Positions 7,504 through 16,448 of a DNA stretch of 32,000 nucleotides are shown here, piece by piece. The first letter of the stretch is position 1, and the number at the start of each line of letters is the position of its first letter. The notes under the pieces were generated by a model. The model was not told the DNA's origin. It saw nothing but the letters and a program-made list of their open reading frames with translations, and searched no databases. Source of the DNA: Candidatus Baldrarchaeum yapensis (lineage in GTDB: Archaea > Asgardarchaeota > Baldrarchaeia > Baldrarchaeales > Baldrarchaeaceae); contig JAEOSH010000005.1 of the NCBI GenBank assembly GCA_016840465.1, positions 50,736 through 82,735 on the forward strand, in the 5' to 3' direction. Made by a program: the position numbers and the translations under genes.

Positions 7504-9063
7504 ATGGTATTAGATGTTCATGAAATAACAAAAGCCGCTGAAAAAGACTACGAGAGAGCCTGGATAGAATATTCAGAAAAGATCCCAAGGGGATCTACTG
7601 GTTTTAAGTTGAAGAATAAAGCAAAGCGACATCCGGTTTTTGAAATCATACAGAAATTTAGGGAGATATTACTAGAGATGGGATTTGAGGAGATAATATT
7701 GCCAGTAATAGTTGAGGAGGGGATTGTTTACCGGGAGTATGGGCCCGAGGCTCCAGTGATTCTTGATAGAATTTTTTATCTGGCAACACTCCCGCGCCCG
7801 GACATAGGGATAAGTCGGGAAAAAGTTAATAAGATCAGGGAGATAGTGCCCGGGTTTGATAGGGAGGAGGAGTTAAAGAGAATATTCAGAGAATACAAGA
7901 GAGGGGGAATAGAGGCTGATGAGTTAATAGAGTATATGGTTAAGGATCTTGGAATACGGCAGGAACAAGCGACGAAGATAATAGATGAAGTTTTTCCGGA
8001 GTTGAAAGAGTTAAAACCTATTCCCACAAAGTTGACCTTAAGGAGCCATATGACGGCACTATGGTTTCCTGTGCTGGAAGCAATGCAGTATCGTGAACCC
8101 CTACCCATTCAACTCTTCACCATAGGAGAGAAGTTTAGAAGAGAGCAAAGACTCGACGAGACTCACCTATACTCCTCCTATACCGCGTCGTTGGTAATAA
8201 TGAATGACGAATTGGGTCTTGAAGATGGAAAAAATGTATGTCGCGAGATAGTCAATCGACTTGGCTTTTCGGAGGTAGAATTTAGACTCAAAGATGTTAC
8301 ATCGAAGTATTATGCCGCAGGAACAGAATTTGAGGTCTTTGTCAGGCATCCCAAAACGGGAGAATGGATAGAGATTGGAGATGGCGGAATGTATAGCCCC
8401 GTTTCTCTTGCAATGTTCAACATAGAGTATCCGGTTTTTAATGTCGGATTCGGAATAGAGAGAATTGCGATGATAATAACGGGAGAAACTGATGTCAGAA
8501 GGCTGGTGTATCCATACTTTTACACGGAACCTCAGTTCTCACCGGAAGATTTGGCATCTATGCTCTCATTTATAAAATCACCGAAAACCAGAGAGGGCGA
8601 GATGCTTGCAAACGCAATAGTGGATGCCGCAGTAAGGCATGCTGATGAAAAAAGTCCAGCTGAGGTAGTTGCATGGAGGGGGAGAATCTTGGGAAAAAGG
8701 GTGACAGTTACGATATGGGAGAGAGATCCTGGGGTCAAATTGCTGGGGCCCGCTGCACTTAATGAGGTATGGATTGTAAATGATACAATTATAGGAGTTC
8801 CGCCTTCACAAAGACCTGAGAATGGTTACTATACGGGAATAAGATATATAGATGGAATTGCTAAAAGAGCCGCCGCAGAGGCGGAAGAGATCGTAAGGAG
8901 AGGAGAAAAGGAGTTTTCCATGAGGGTAAGGATTGTCAGAGGACTTTCTGATATAAATTTAAAGTTGCAAAAGGCGGCATTACATTACATAACATCTAAG
9001 GGCAGTAAGATAGATATAAGAGGGCCTGTGTTCGTAGGAATAACCGTAAAAGTTGATGATTGA
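7504..9063 (+). CDS. sepS: O-phosphoseryl-tRNA(Cys) synthetase (SepRS)
   Basis: HPVFE.IQ.FRE..L.MGFEE, YGPEA..ILDR.FYLA.LPRP.IGIS, LTLRSHMT..WF, FRREQ..D..HL, W.EI...G.YSP.SL..., FNVGFGIER and a full-length C-terminal anticodon-binding region. ATG 7504 is preferred. Confidence 0.93.
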   Translation: MVLDVHEITKAAEKDYERAWIEYSEKIPRGSTGFKLKNKAKRHPVFEIIQKFREILLEMGFEEIILPVIVEEGIVYREYGPEAPVILDRIFYLATLPRPDIGISREKVNKIREIVPGFDREEELKRIFREYKRGGIEADELIEYMVKDLGIRQEQATKIIDEVFPELKELKPIPTKLTLRSHMTALWFPVLEAMQYREPLPIQLFTIGEKFRREQRLDETHLYSSYTASLVIMNDELGLEDGKNVCREIVNRLGFSEVEFRLKDVTSKYYAAGTEFEVFVRHPKTGEWIEIGDGGMYSPVSLAMFNIEYPVFNVGFGIERIAMIITGETDVRRLVYPYFYTEPQFSPEDLASMLSFIKSPKTREGEMLANAIVDAAVRHADEKSPAEVVAWRGRILGKRVTVTIWERDPGVKLLGPAALNEVWIVNDTIIGVPPSQRPENGYYTGIRYIDGIAKRAAAEAEEIVRRGEKEFSMRVRIVRGLSDINLKLQKAALHYITSKGSKIDIRGPVFVGITVKVDD

Positions 9064-9198
9064 GCCTCTTTCCGAAACTTAGGACTTCATAACTGTTATT
9101 TTTAAAGTCACGATTTATTACTCAGAACAAATATTTTATTGTGAGAGGTTAGATAAGGCGATGGGGCGCGTATGACTACGAGTGGGCAGGGATGAGAG

Positions 9199-9714
9199 AT
9201 GCAAGTAATGCCGATAGAGGAAATTCTGAAGATACTACTGGAGAGGTACAATAAAAATCCACGCGGATGGTCCATCCTCATCGATCCGCAAGGTAACATA
9301 ATAGTAATAGGCCCAAACACAGCATACAGGCTTAAAGTGATCCCGCTTGGTCCTGGAAAGTTCACGGGAGTTGGAGTAGCAATAGAGGAAATCGATGAAA
9401 TAAGGAGTTTATTAAGGGGAGTACCGTCGTTTGGTATTCGCCCATTGACCCCAAAACACCTGAAAGTGATAGAAAAAGAACTCATCAAGAAGGGAACAAT
9501 TTCATGGGAAACTCTCAGAAAACTGACGAAGACGGAGCCTGTACCCCTTAATAAGGCCATCGGGGACTGGGCATTAATAGGTCCGGAACTTCACACAACA
9601 CGACCACTGAGCGAAATAATAAAGGGGCAAAAAGAACTTGAAATGCTGTTACAAAGAGAAGCGGATAAACTCTTTAGGGAGAGATTTCCTCATAGGGCGA
9701 TGGCATATATATGA
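9199..9714 (+). CDS. Hypothetical protein
   Basis: 171 aa ORF with host-like codon usage that fills the gap between sepS and the ARH gene. No family was recognised. Confidence 0.65.
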   Translation: MQVMPIEEILKILLERYNKNPRGWSILIDPQGNIIVIGPNTAYRLKVIPLGPGKFTGVGVAIEEIDEIRSLLRGVPSFGIRPLTPKHLKVIEKELIKKGTISWETLRKLTKTEPVPLNKAIGDWALIGPELHTTRPLSEIIKGQKELEMLLQREADKLFRERFPHRAMAYI

Positions 9715-9722
9715 ATAATAAT

Positions 9723-10673
9723 TCACTTTGATTTTGTTTTCAGTTCCCATAGCTTTTCTCCAAGTGATTTTAGGTATTCGTAGTTTTCTAACTTTTCTAA
9801 CCATCTTTGCGGGATCGCCTCAACACCATGGTACGCACCACTTATAGCTCCCGTCATCGCGCCAATTGTATCAGCATCTCCGCCTAGGGATACCGCGTAC
9901 ACAACTGCGTCTTCAAAGCTTGACCAATGAAGTAGGAAAGAATATATTGCAGATGGAACCGATGTGAAGGATTCATATCCATTCCCTAACTCTTTAACAA
10001 CCACATACTTATCGTTAATACCTTCTGCAAGCATCCTTCCGATCTTTTTCACTTTTTCCCTGAAAACATCGCTTTCGCATACTAAAAGTAAATTGTCCAC
10101 AAAATCTTCAACGTCTAACCGCTTTCTTGGGTCTTTTCTTACGGCAAGTGCAATTGCGGTGGCCTGTATAAGGGCACCCTCTATTCCTAGGGGATGCATG
10201 TGAGTAACGCGACTAGCATCGTATACTGCCCTTTTCAACTCTTCAAAATCATCATAGTAAAACACCGCAACAGGAGCTATTCTCATCGCAGCGCCATTTC
10301 CATAAGATCCTTTACCATTGAAAATACTCTTGCTTGCTTCATCCCATGGAATGCCTTTCTCAATCAATCTGAATACCATGGTGGTACTAATGCCGTATCC
10401 GCGCCTCGGGTCATAATTATGCATGAAGACCTTTATTAAGTGATCTGGGTCTACTCGACCTTTTTCAATGATCGTTTCCGCAATACCTATTGCCATTTCC
10501 GTATCGTCGGTATACGAGCCTTCGGGTAGGAAGCCGGTCATCATTTCTCGTACTTCTCCGAAAACCTCTTCTATCTTTGATGGGCTCCAGCCTTCAACCG
10601 GCATGCCAAGCGCATCACCGATAGCCGTGCCGAGAATTGATCCTATAAATTTTGACTTTAACGAGATGGACAC
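9723..10673 (-). CDS. ADP-ribosylglycohydrolase (DraG/ARH family)
   Basis: G.AIGDALG.PVE, YTDDTEM, GNGAAMRIAP, S.VTH and GGDADTIGAM.GA..GA show intact metal-binding motifs. Confidence 0.93.
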   Translation of the reverse strand: MSISLKSKFIGSILGTAIGDALGMPVEGWSPSKIEEVFGEVREMMTGFLPEGSYTDDTEMAIGIAETIIEKGRVDPDHLIKVFMHNYDPRRGYGISTTMVFRLIEKGIPWDEASKSIFNGKGSYGNGAAMRIAPVAVFYYDDFEELKRAVYDASRVTHMHPLGIEGALIQATAIALAVRKDPRKRLDVEDFVDNLLLVCESDVFREKVKKIGRMLAEGINDKYVVVKELGNGYESFTSVPSAIYSFLLHWSSFEDAVVYAVSLGGDADTIGAMTGAISGAYHGVEAIPQRWLEKLENYEYLKSLGEKLWELKTKSK

Positions 10674-10683
10674 TTCAGGACAC

Positions 10684-11622
10684 CTATTTCTTTTTTCTCT
10701 TTCTCACATACGCGAAAACGGAAAGTGCTGCTCTTGCACCGTCACCAACGGCGCCGGATATTTGAAATATAGCATTAGATGTACAATCTCCCGCAGCGAA
10801 GACTCCCTCTATACTTGTCATTTGATTTTCGTCAACGATTATTCTTCCTCTTCCATCCAGTTTTACGCCAGCCCTTCTAGCAAGTTCAGTTGTTGGAACA
10901 GATCCCAACGCTAAAAACACCCCATCAACATCTAAAATTGTTCTTCTCCCACTTCTGATATCTTCTATCTCTATACCGGATATTTTTTGATCTCCGAGTA
11001 TTTTTAACACTTTATATCCCTCTAGAATTTCCACTTTCATTTCTTGCATGCGTGTTTTTAGCGTTTCCTCACATGTCAATTCTTCCTCGTGAGAAATTAG
11101 ATATACCTTACTTGCCAGTCCGGCAAGTAATAAGGCGTCTTCTGCCGCCTCGTCACCCGATCCAATAACTGCAACCTTTTTCCCCCTGAAAAAGAAGCCA
11201 TCACATATGGCACAATAGGATAACCCCCTACCTAGGAATCTTTCCTCATCCGGTATCACGGATTTTTTCCGTTCCGCTCCCATCGCCAGAATTACCGCGG
11301 TTGCCGTATACCTGCCTTTTCTCGTGACTATTTCCTTAGGATACACATCGAGTTTCATATCGATTACTTCCTCCATTTCATGAATCTCCACCCCAACCTT
11401 ACGCGCCTGTTCTACCATCTTCATGGCCAATTCCGGTCCCTTGATTCCATCGGGAAAGCCTGGGTAATTTTCTATGAAGGGCGCCTCATTAACACGGCCA
11501 CCAGCCATTTGGCGCTCGAGAATCAGCGTCTTTAGCCCCTTTCTTGCACAGTAAATCCCGGCCGTTAATCCGGCAGGTCCTCCACCCACAATTATGACAT
11601 CATAATGCGATCCACCATCCAT
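10684..11622 (-). CDS. trxB: Thioredoxin reductase-like flavoprotein (TrxB family)
   Basis: YDVIIVGGGPAGLTA, ENYPGF, redox-active CAIC, G.GD.A, TSIEGVFAAGD and A.G.G..AA. ATG 11622 has a GGGTG RBS. Confidence 0.9.
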   Translation of the reverse strand: MDGGSHYDVIIVGGGPAGLTAGIYCARKGLKTLILERQMAGGRVNEAPFIENYPGFPDGIKGPELAMKMVEQARKVGVEIHEMEEVIDMKLDVYPKEIVTRKGRYTATAVILAMGAERKKSVIPDEERFLGRGLSYCAICDGFFFRGKKVAVIGSGDEAAEDALLLAGLASKVYLISHEEELTCEETLKTRMQEMKVEILEGYKVLKILGDQKISGIEIEDIRSGRRTILDVDGVFLALGSVPTTELARRAGVKLDGRGRIIVDENQMTSIEGVFAAGDCTSNAIFQISGAVGDGARAALSVFAYVRKRKKK

Positions 11623-11830
11623 GTTTGGCACCCGCATAAAATGCATTAATGCTACGATATAAAGCTTAATTTCATGGGTAATGCTCGCTATCGCATCATT
11701 GAAACGTATAGACTGCTAGAGGTTATTAGACGTAATGACACGTTCAATTTCATGATACCAAAAAATCCTTTATATTGCTAAATTCTTCATAGAATGACGC
11801 ATTGTTGCCGTTAAAGGAGCATGAAGAGGC

Positions 11831-13264
11831 ATGGACGGTTATGTAAGAACGAGACTCGGTATCCGGTTATACGAGGAAGACATCGAGAATTTTGCTATAT
11901 TCTTTAAAGATAACTATTCACAGTATTTTGAAACGAAAATTCGAAATTTGAATGTAGAAAACTTTGGAAATAAATACGTAATATCCTTCGAAGAGTTATA
12001 TCCCTATGCTTATGACACATATGTTCATGTGACGCTTCATGTGGAAGAGGATCCTTATTTAGAGTTCTCATTCGATGAAAGGATCCCATCGGAATGGTTA
12101 TCGGTGATTGTTAAACGAATTAGAGAAATTTTCTCTCTGTACTTTGAAATGCGCGACGAGTTCTCTCTCACATTAATGTTTATATCGAATATCAGTGAGG
12201 TGCCGGAAATAAAAGATGGACGACGCGCATTCGGACTTTTTTCTTACAATCTTCTTCCAATATACATACTCATGTACGTTGCACTAATAGCTGTCTTCTT
12301 TTTGAATCCAAACCTCCTTGTGGCCACATATGTAGGGTTACAACTCATAATCCTCTTCTTTTCCGATAAAATACTGCTGATGTTTAGCGATTGGAAAATT
12401 GAGAGTGCTCAGAACGTCATACAAGTGGTTGAACTAAAAATGAATTACAAATCTTTAAATGTAGCAATGCAGGCGCCGTCGGAGGCCATACGTTCCTTTA
12501 AAAGGGAAATTCATGAGCCTGCATACAGGGAGAGAAGATTGATAGCAGTAGAAGATGTTCTTAGAGCATTAGAAAAGTACAAGAACCTATTTCCTTCAAT
12601 TAAGGATATCCGAGTGAAAAACTTCGATATCGGCGAAATTGTTGGAAAATTATCGAGACGGTTTGGTATTAAGCCTCCAAAAATCGGGATTGTTAACTCC
12701 ACGATTCCTAATGCTGCCGCTGCTGGAATCTCCCCCAGGAGATCTGTTTTGCTTTTAACAGCGGGTCTTTTTTCGATTTTAAATGAAACAGAGATCGAGG
12801 GCGTATTGGGTCACGAGTTAAGTCACATAAAGAACAGAGATCCTCTTTTGCTAATGTTACTCTTCAGTGGAGAGTATGCCCTTAGATTTTTCCTTTTTAC
12901 GACAATACCCGCGTTTTCTTTCTTCTGGTTGCCATATTTCGTCATAATACTATCATTTTTGTTTTTTGTGGCAAAGTTTTTCGAGGCTCGGGCAGATCTC
13001 GAGGCAATTTATAAGATTGAGAGGCCTGAGGCTCTTGTACACGCATTAATGAAGTTTGCTAAGAGAATCAGAGCTCGTGGCTCTCAACGAGGAGCATTAC
13101 AATGGTTTGGCTTTGATCCGCATCCTCCACTCGCATTCAGGATAGAAAGATTATCTGAATATATAAGGAAGGGGTTGCCTCAGGTACGTCACTTATTGCT
13201 TAAAAGTATTGTAGATGTCGTTAATGGGTTTCTCAGGGATCTATTTAGCCAGAGGAGAGAATAG
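11831..13264 (+). CDS. M48 (HtpX-like) membrane zinc metalloprotease with an extra N-terminal domain
   Basis: PNAAAAG, GVLGHELSHIKNRD (HEXXH), E.RAD and HPPL..RI motifs, with TM segments at about aa 135-185 and 340-380. Confidence 0.88.
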   Translation: MDGYVRTRLGIRLYEEDIENFAIFFKDNYSQYFETKIRNLNVENFGNKYVISFEELYPYAYDTYVHVTLHVEEDPYLEFSFDERIPSEWLSVIVKRIREIFSLYFEMRDEFSLTLMFISNISEVPEIKDGRRAFGLFSYNLLPIYILMYVALIAVFFLNPNLLVATYVGLQLIILFFSDKILLMFSDWKIESAQNVIQVVELKMNYKSLNVAMQAPSEAIRSFKREIHEPAYRERRLIAVEDVLRALEKYKNLFPSIKDIRVKNFDIGEIVGKLSRRFGIKPPKIGIVNSTIPNAAAAGISPRRSVLLLTAGLFSILNETEIEGVLGHELSHIKNRDPLLLMLLFSGEYALRFFLFTTIPAFSFFWLPYFVIILSFLFFVAKFFEARADLEAIYKIERPEALVHALMKFAKRIRARGSQRGALQWFGFDPHPPLAFRIERLSEYIRKGLPQVRHLLLKSIVDVVNGFLRDLFSQRRE

Positions 13265-13494
13265 CGACAAACATTATTTTGGTTTAGAATTGCTATCATA
13301 GAGTAGTACTGAGTAGTACTACTTACTATAACTTGTCCTCAGAATCTAGTTATGATCTGGCAAATATCAAGAGTCGTGCTCAAATTTTCGATTTAAGGAT
13401 TTATTCCCGCACTAAAACCGCCATCTACCCGAATTACAATAAATAAAAATGTTAGGATTAGAATATACATAGAAGGGTTCTGGGAGGGATTTAG

Positions 13495-13947
13495 ATGCCG
13501 ACCATGTCCACAGGCTTTGTCAGGGCTGCTGGCTACGCGGATAAGGTTAGAAGAGTTCTGTTTGCAACTGCAAAGGGCGTTGAGCCACAAGAGATAGTTC
13601 GAGCATCAGCAGAATTTAATATGAAGGTTTTCGAGATTCTCCAAGAGAAGAAGGTCGATAAGAGCGACGTTGTTAGGATAAGGTGCGATTACGAGATAAA
13701 GGACGGAAAAATAGAGTGGAAATGGGATACCCTTGAGTTGGAGGTATATGCAAGGGAGGACAAACCTCTCCTAAGTGAGGCGATGAAAGAGGTAGAGGAG
13801 GCGCGTGAGGCCCTTAAAGAGATAGTCACCGAGTTAAGCAACTTATCGTCCCAGCTAATAGACATCGCGCATCGAATTGATGATTTAATTCAAAGAGTGA
13901 AACGAGAACACATAGGCGAGGAAGAAAAGACTCAGGAACAGCAATAA
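13495..13947 (+). CDS. ThermoDBP-related protein 1 (DUF2258 family nucleic-acid-binding protein)
   Basis: MP.(M/L)STGFVRA.GYA.KVRRVLFA, V.K.DVVRI, I.W..D.LE.E.Y and a C-terminal coiled coil. GGAGGG RBS upstream. Confidence 0.9.
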   Translation: MPTMSTGFVRAAGYADKVRRVLFATAKGVEPQEIVRASAEFNMKVFEILQEKKVDKSDVVRIRCDYEIKDGKIEWKWDTLELEVYAREDKPLLSEAMKEVEEAREALKEIVTELSNLSSQLIDIAHRIDDLIQRVKREHIGEEEKTQEQQ

Positions 13948-14001
13948 CATGGCAGGATAAAACATTAAATTCTCATTTTTTATTTGAGGTCTGGGGATGA
14001 T

Positions 14002-14721
14002 ATGGTATTCGATCCTCTCGAAAGAGCCGAGATAATTTCGAAAATTGTATGCAAGAATATAAGAAGGAAGTATTACAGGTTCAGAATAAGCAGGCAATAT
14101 GCGGGAGAGGCAACTGCTGATTGCTTAGGATGCATGCTCGATTGCGCATATTGTTGGGCGTGGGAAGCCCATAGAAGAATGAGTGAGGTAGGGGACTTTT
14201 ATCACCCTGAAGAGGTATTTTCAAGACTTCTGGAAATGGCCAAGGAAAGAAATCTTCATAGGATACGGCTTTCTGGTGGTGAACCAACGCTTCATGTGAG
14301 ACATTTTGCTACTTTGGTGAGATTGATCGGCGAAGAGGCCCCAGATGTTACCTGTATCGTGGAAACGAATGGAATAATGATTTACAGACATCCGTGGCTT
14401 GCAAACATATTGGCAGACTACCCCAACATGGAGGTCAGAGTTTCAATCAAAGGGTATGACGAAAAAAGCTTTGAAAAGGTTACCGGCGCAGATCGAAAGT
14501 ATTTCTGGTGGCAGATAGATGCATTAAAGATTTTAATTGATAGAGGAGTTTATGCTTATGGTGCAGCCATGTGGGACATATGTGGTGCTAAAGGGGTAAA
14601 AAAGCTTATGAAAATTCTCCTAGATTACGGTATAGACGGGCTTGAATTAGAATGTTTGATAAGATATGATTTTGTGATGGAAAGAATAAGGGAGAGAGGA
14701 ATTAAACTCCGCGGTTCTTGA
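14002..14721 (+). CDS. Radical SAM protein (archaeal COG5014-like Fe-S oxidoreductase)
   Basis: KYYRFR...Y.G.ATADCLGCMLDCAYCW (CxxxCxxC), RLSGGEPTL, ETNG and VRVSIKG. Confidence 0.9.
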   Translation: MVFDPLERAEIISKIVCKNIRRKYYRFRISRQYAGEATADCLGCMLDCAYCWAWEAHRRMSEVGDFYHPEEVFSRLLEMAKERNLHRIRLSGGEPTLHVRHFATLVRLIGEEAPDVTCIVETNGIMIYRHPWLANILADYPNMEVRVSIKGYDEKSFEKVTGADRKYFWWQIDALKILIDRGVYAYGAAMWDICGAKGVKKLMKILLDYGIDGLELECLIRYDFVMERIRERGIKLRGS

Positions 14722-14859
14722 AAAAACAAAACTGTTATGGAGAAACTGTCTTATCCTATATGGCGGCGTACTAAATAAATTTAACATAAACACTCACGGC
14801 TGGGCATTGGCCCGGGGCGTCAGTCGCTAGTCTGAACGTCACTGGTTGTCTCTGCCCCT

Positions 14860-15641
14860 TCAGGCCTTATCTATTTCTGCGTCACGCGCCGCCTTCCCAG
14901 CGGCAATCCGCTCCACATTCAGCGCGAAGGATAGCCACTTCACGAACACGTCAGCACTTTCCACGAGCTGGTACCCTAGCGCTCTCCCTTGCCCCTGTGA
15001 CGGTAGAGATGCCTGAAGCCTCGAAGATCCTCTCGTACCTCGCGGCCCATCCCGCCGCTTGCCCCGACGGGACGGCCTTTTCGGCCTGACAAGGAAAAAT
15101 GCGTTTCTCTCCGGGGGTTCCCTCAATGTTACCTCCCTCCCTAAGTACGCGGAGACGCGAGCACAACGATTCCCTCCGAGACCGATTGCAGGAGCCTCTG
15201 GTAGCCGCGGTAGTCTGCAGTGAAGGCGTCAGTTGCGGTTGCCGTTATCACAAGGTCGGATTGTATGTCGTAGAGGAAGTGCACCTTGAAGTGGAGGCCC
15301 TTTCGACGGTGCGGGATTCCGGTGGAATCGGCGACCAGGAGATCGAGCGAGATTGCGATTTTCGTTGCGATCTCCATTGCCTAGTCTTTCAGTTTCAACC
15401 ACGCCCTGCGGATGGTTGCGGGGGCTGGGGAAATACGCCGACGATAAAGAACGCGAGTTCCGTGGTTACCCTGAACGTCAGGTTGAGAAGTGCTTTTATT
15501 GCGCAGAGAGTTGCGAACTTCCATGTCTCGTACTTCGGTGGTCGTCCTCCTGCATCTCCGTCTTGTCTGTTCTGCCGGCGCCAGCCTCTTTGTCGCGGCG
15601 AGGATAGCTTTAATAGCGTTGCAGTCGTATAGTATACCTAT
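14860..15641 (-). pseudogene. Fragmented DDE transposase
   Basis: Stitching frames gives GRPPKYETWKFATLCAIKALLNLTFR, PAPATIRRAWLK, LVADSTGI (first Asp), FKVHFLYD, a damaged LA(D)SAY and LYRHRGKGER (Y-x2-R-x3-E). There are several frameshifts and in-frame stops. Confidence 0.8.
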
Positions 15642-15659
15642 GGGCTGGTTGTACCGTCG

Positions 15660-15699
15660 TAAGGGTCTATAGGGGCAGCCCGTCCCCTATAGACCCTTA
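15660..15699. repeat. Perfect 16-bp inverted repeat with an 8-nt loop
   Basis: TAAGGGTCTATAGGGG (15660-15675), loop CAGCCCGT, then CCCCTATAGACCCTTA (15684-15699). Confidence 0.95.
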
Positions 15700-15744
15700 T
15701 GTAAAATTATGATTCTAATTTTCCCGGACAGGTGGGTGGTATCG

Positions 15745-16398
15745 GTGAGATGTGCATATTGTAAAGTCTTAGCGTGTGTTTCTGGATCGAAGAACTTCCC
15801 AAAAAATTGTCCGATGTCAAATTTCGCGGATGTGCTCGAGCGCGCTAGAAACGAGTATCAGAGAGATGAGAAGGTGAAGAAAATTGCATCGATAGCAGGA
15901 ATTGTAGAGGCAAGTGGGTATATAGAGTGGCCTCGTTTACGGGAAATAATAGAATTTGCTAGACTTATTGACGCAAGAAAGATAGGACTGGCGTTTTGTA
16001 TAGGTCTGCGTGATGAGGCTGCCGTGGTCTCACAAATACTAGAAAGAGCGGGATTCGAAGTCTACTCGGTCAATTGCAAAGTTGGCAGTATTCCGAAAGA
16101 GGAATTAGGAATTCCCAAAGATTATCAATGGGTCTCGAAAACCGGTTATGTGATAGGATTCGTGACCTGCAATCCGATAGGGCAAGCCATGCTCTTAAAT
16201 GCATATGGCACAGACTTAAATGTGATGTTAGGATTGTGTGTCGGACATGACACCCTCTTTATAAAGTTTTCAGAAGCCCCGGTGACGGTTTTAGCTGCTA
16301 AAGACAGAGCGTTCGGCCATAGTCCTCTTCTGGCGATTTATACGTATTATGGAAAGAAATATCTCGAAAAGTATCTGGAGGAGAAGAGAGAACGATAA
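15745..16398 (+). CDS. DUF1847 family Cys-rich putative metal-binding protein
   Basis: CA.C...AC...CP, WPRL.EIIEFA, KIGLAFCIGL, CKVG, CNPIGQA..LN and GLCVGHD.LF. GTG 15745 is preferred as the start. Confidence 0.88.
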   Translation: MRCAYCKVLACVSGSKNFPKNCPMSNFADVLERARNEYQRDEKVKKIASIAGIVEASGYIEWPRLREIIEFARLIDARKIGLAFCIGLRDEAAVVSQILERAGFEVYSVNCKVGSIPKEELGIPKDYQWVSKTGYVIGFVTCNPIGQAMLLNAYGTDLNVMLGLCVGHDTLFIKFSEAPVTVLAAKDRAFGHSPLLAIYTYYGKKYLEKYLEEKRER

Positions 16399-16448
16399 TG
16401 GGGTGTTAATTTTCTTCTTTACGAAATTTTTTCTCCAATGGGAATCCT

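Larger units (their letters stand above)
14779..15707 (-). mobile_element. Decayed IS5/IS4-like insertion sequence (about 930 bp)
   Basis: This segment is visibly GC-richer than its flanks and carries DDE transposase fragments. Possible imperfect terminal repeats are ATTTAACATAA (14779-14789) and TTATGTAAAAT (15697-15707). The boundaries are tentative. Confidence 0.7.

Noticed and set aside
15381-15383. In-frame TAG joining two transposase fragments (LKLKD*AMEIATK), a possible pyrrolysine or read-through site
   Set aside because: The same gene has several frameshifts and other stops, so ordinary decay explains it.
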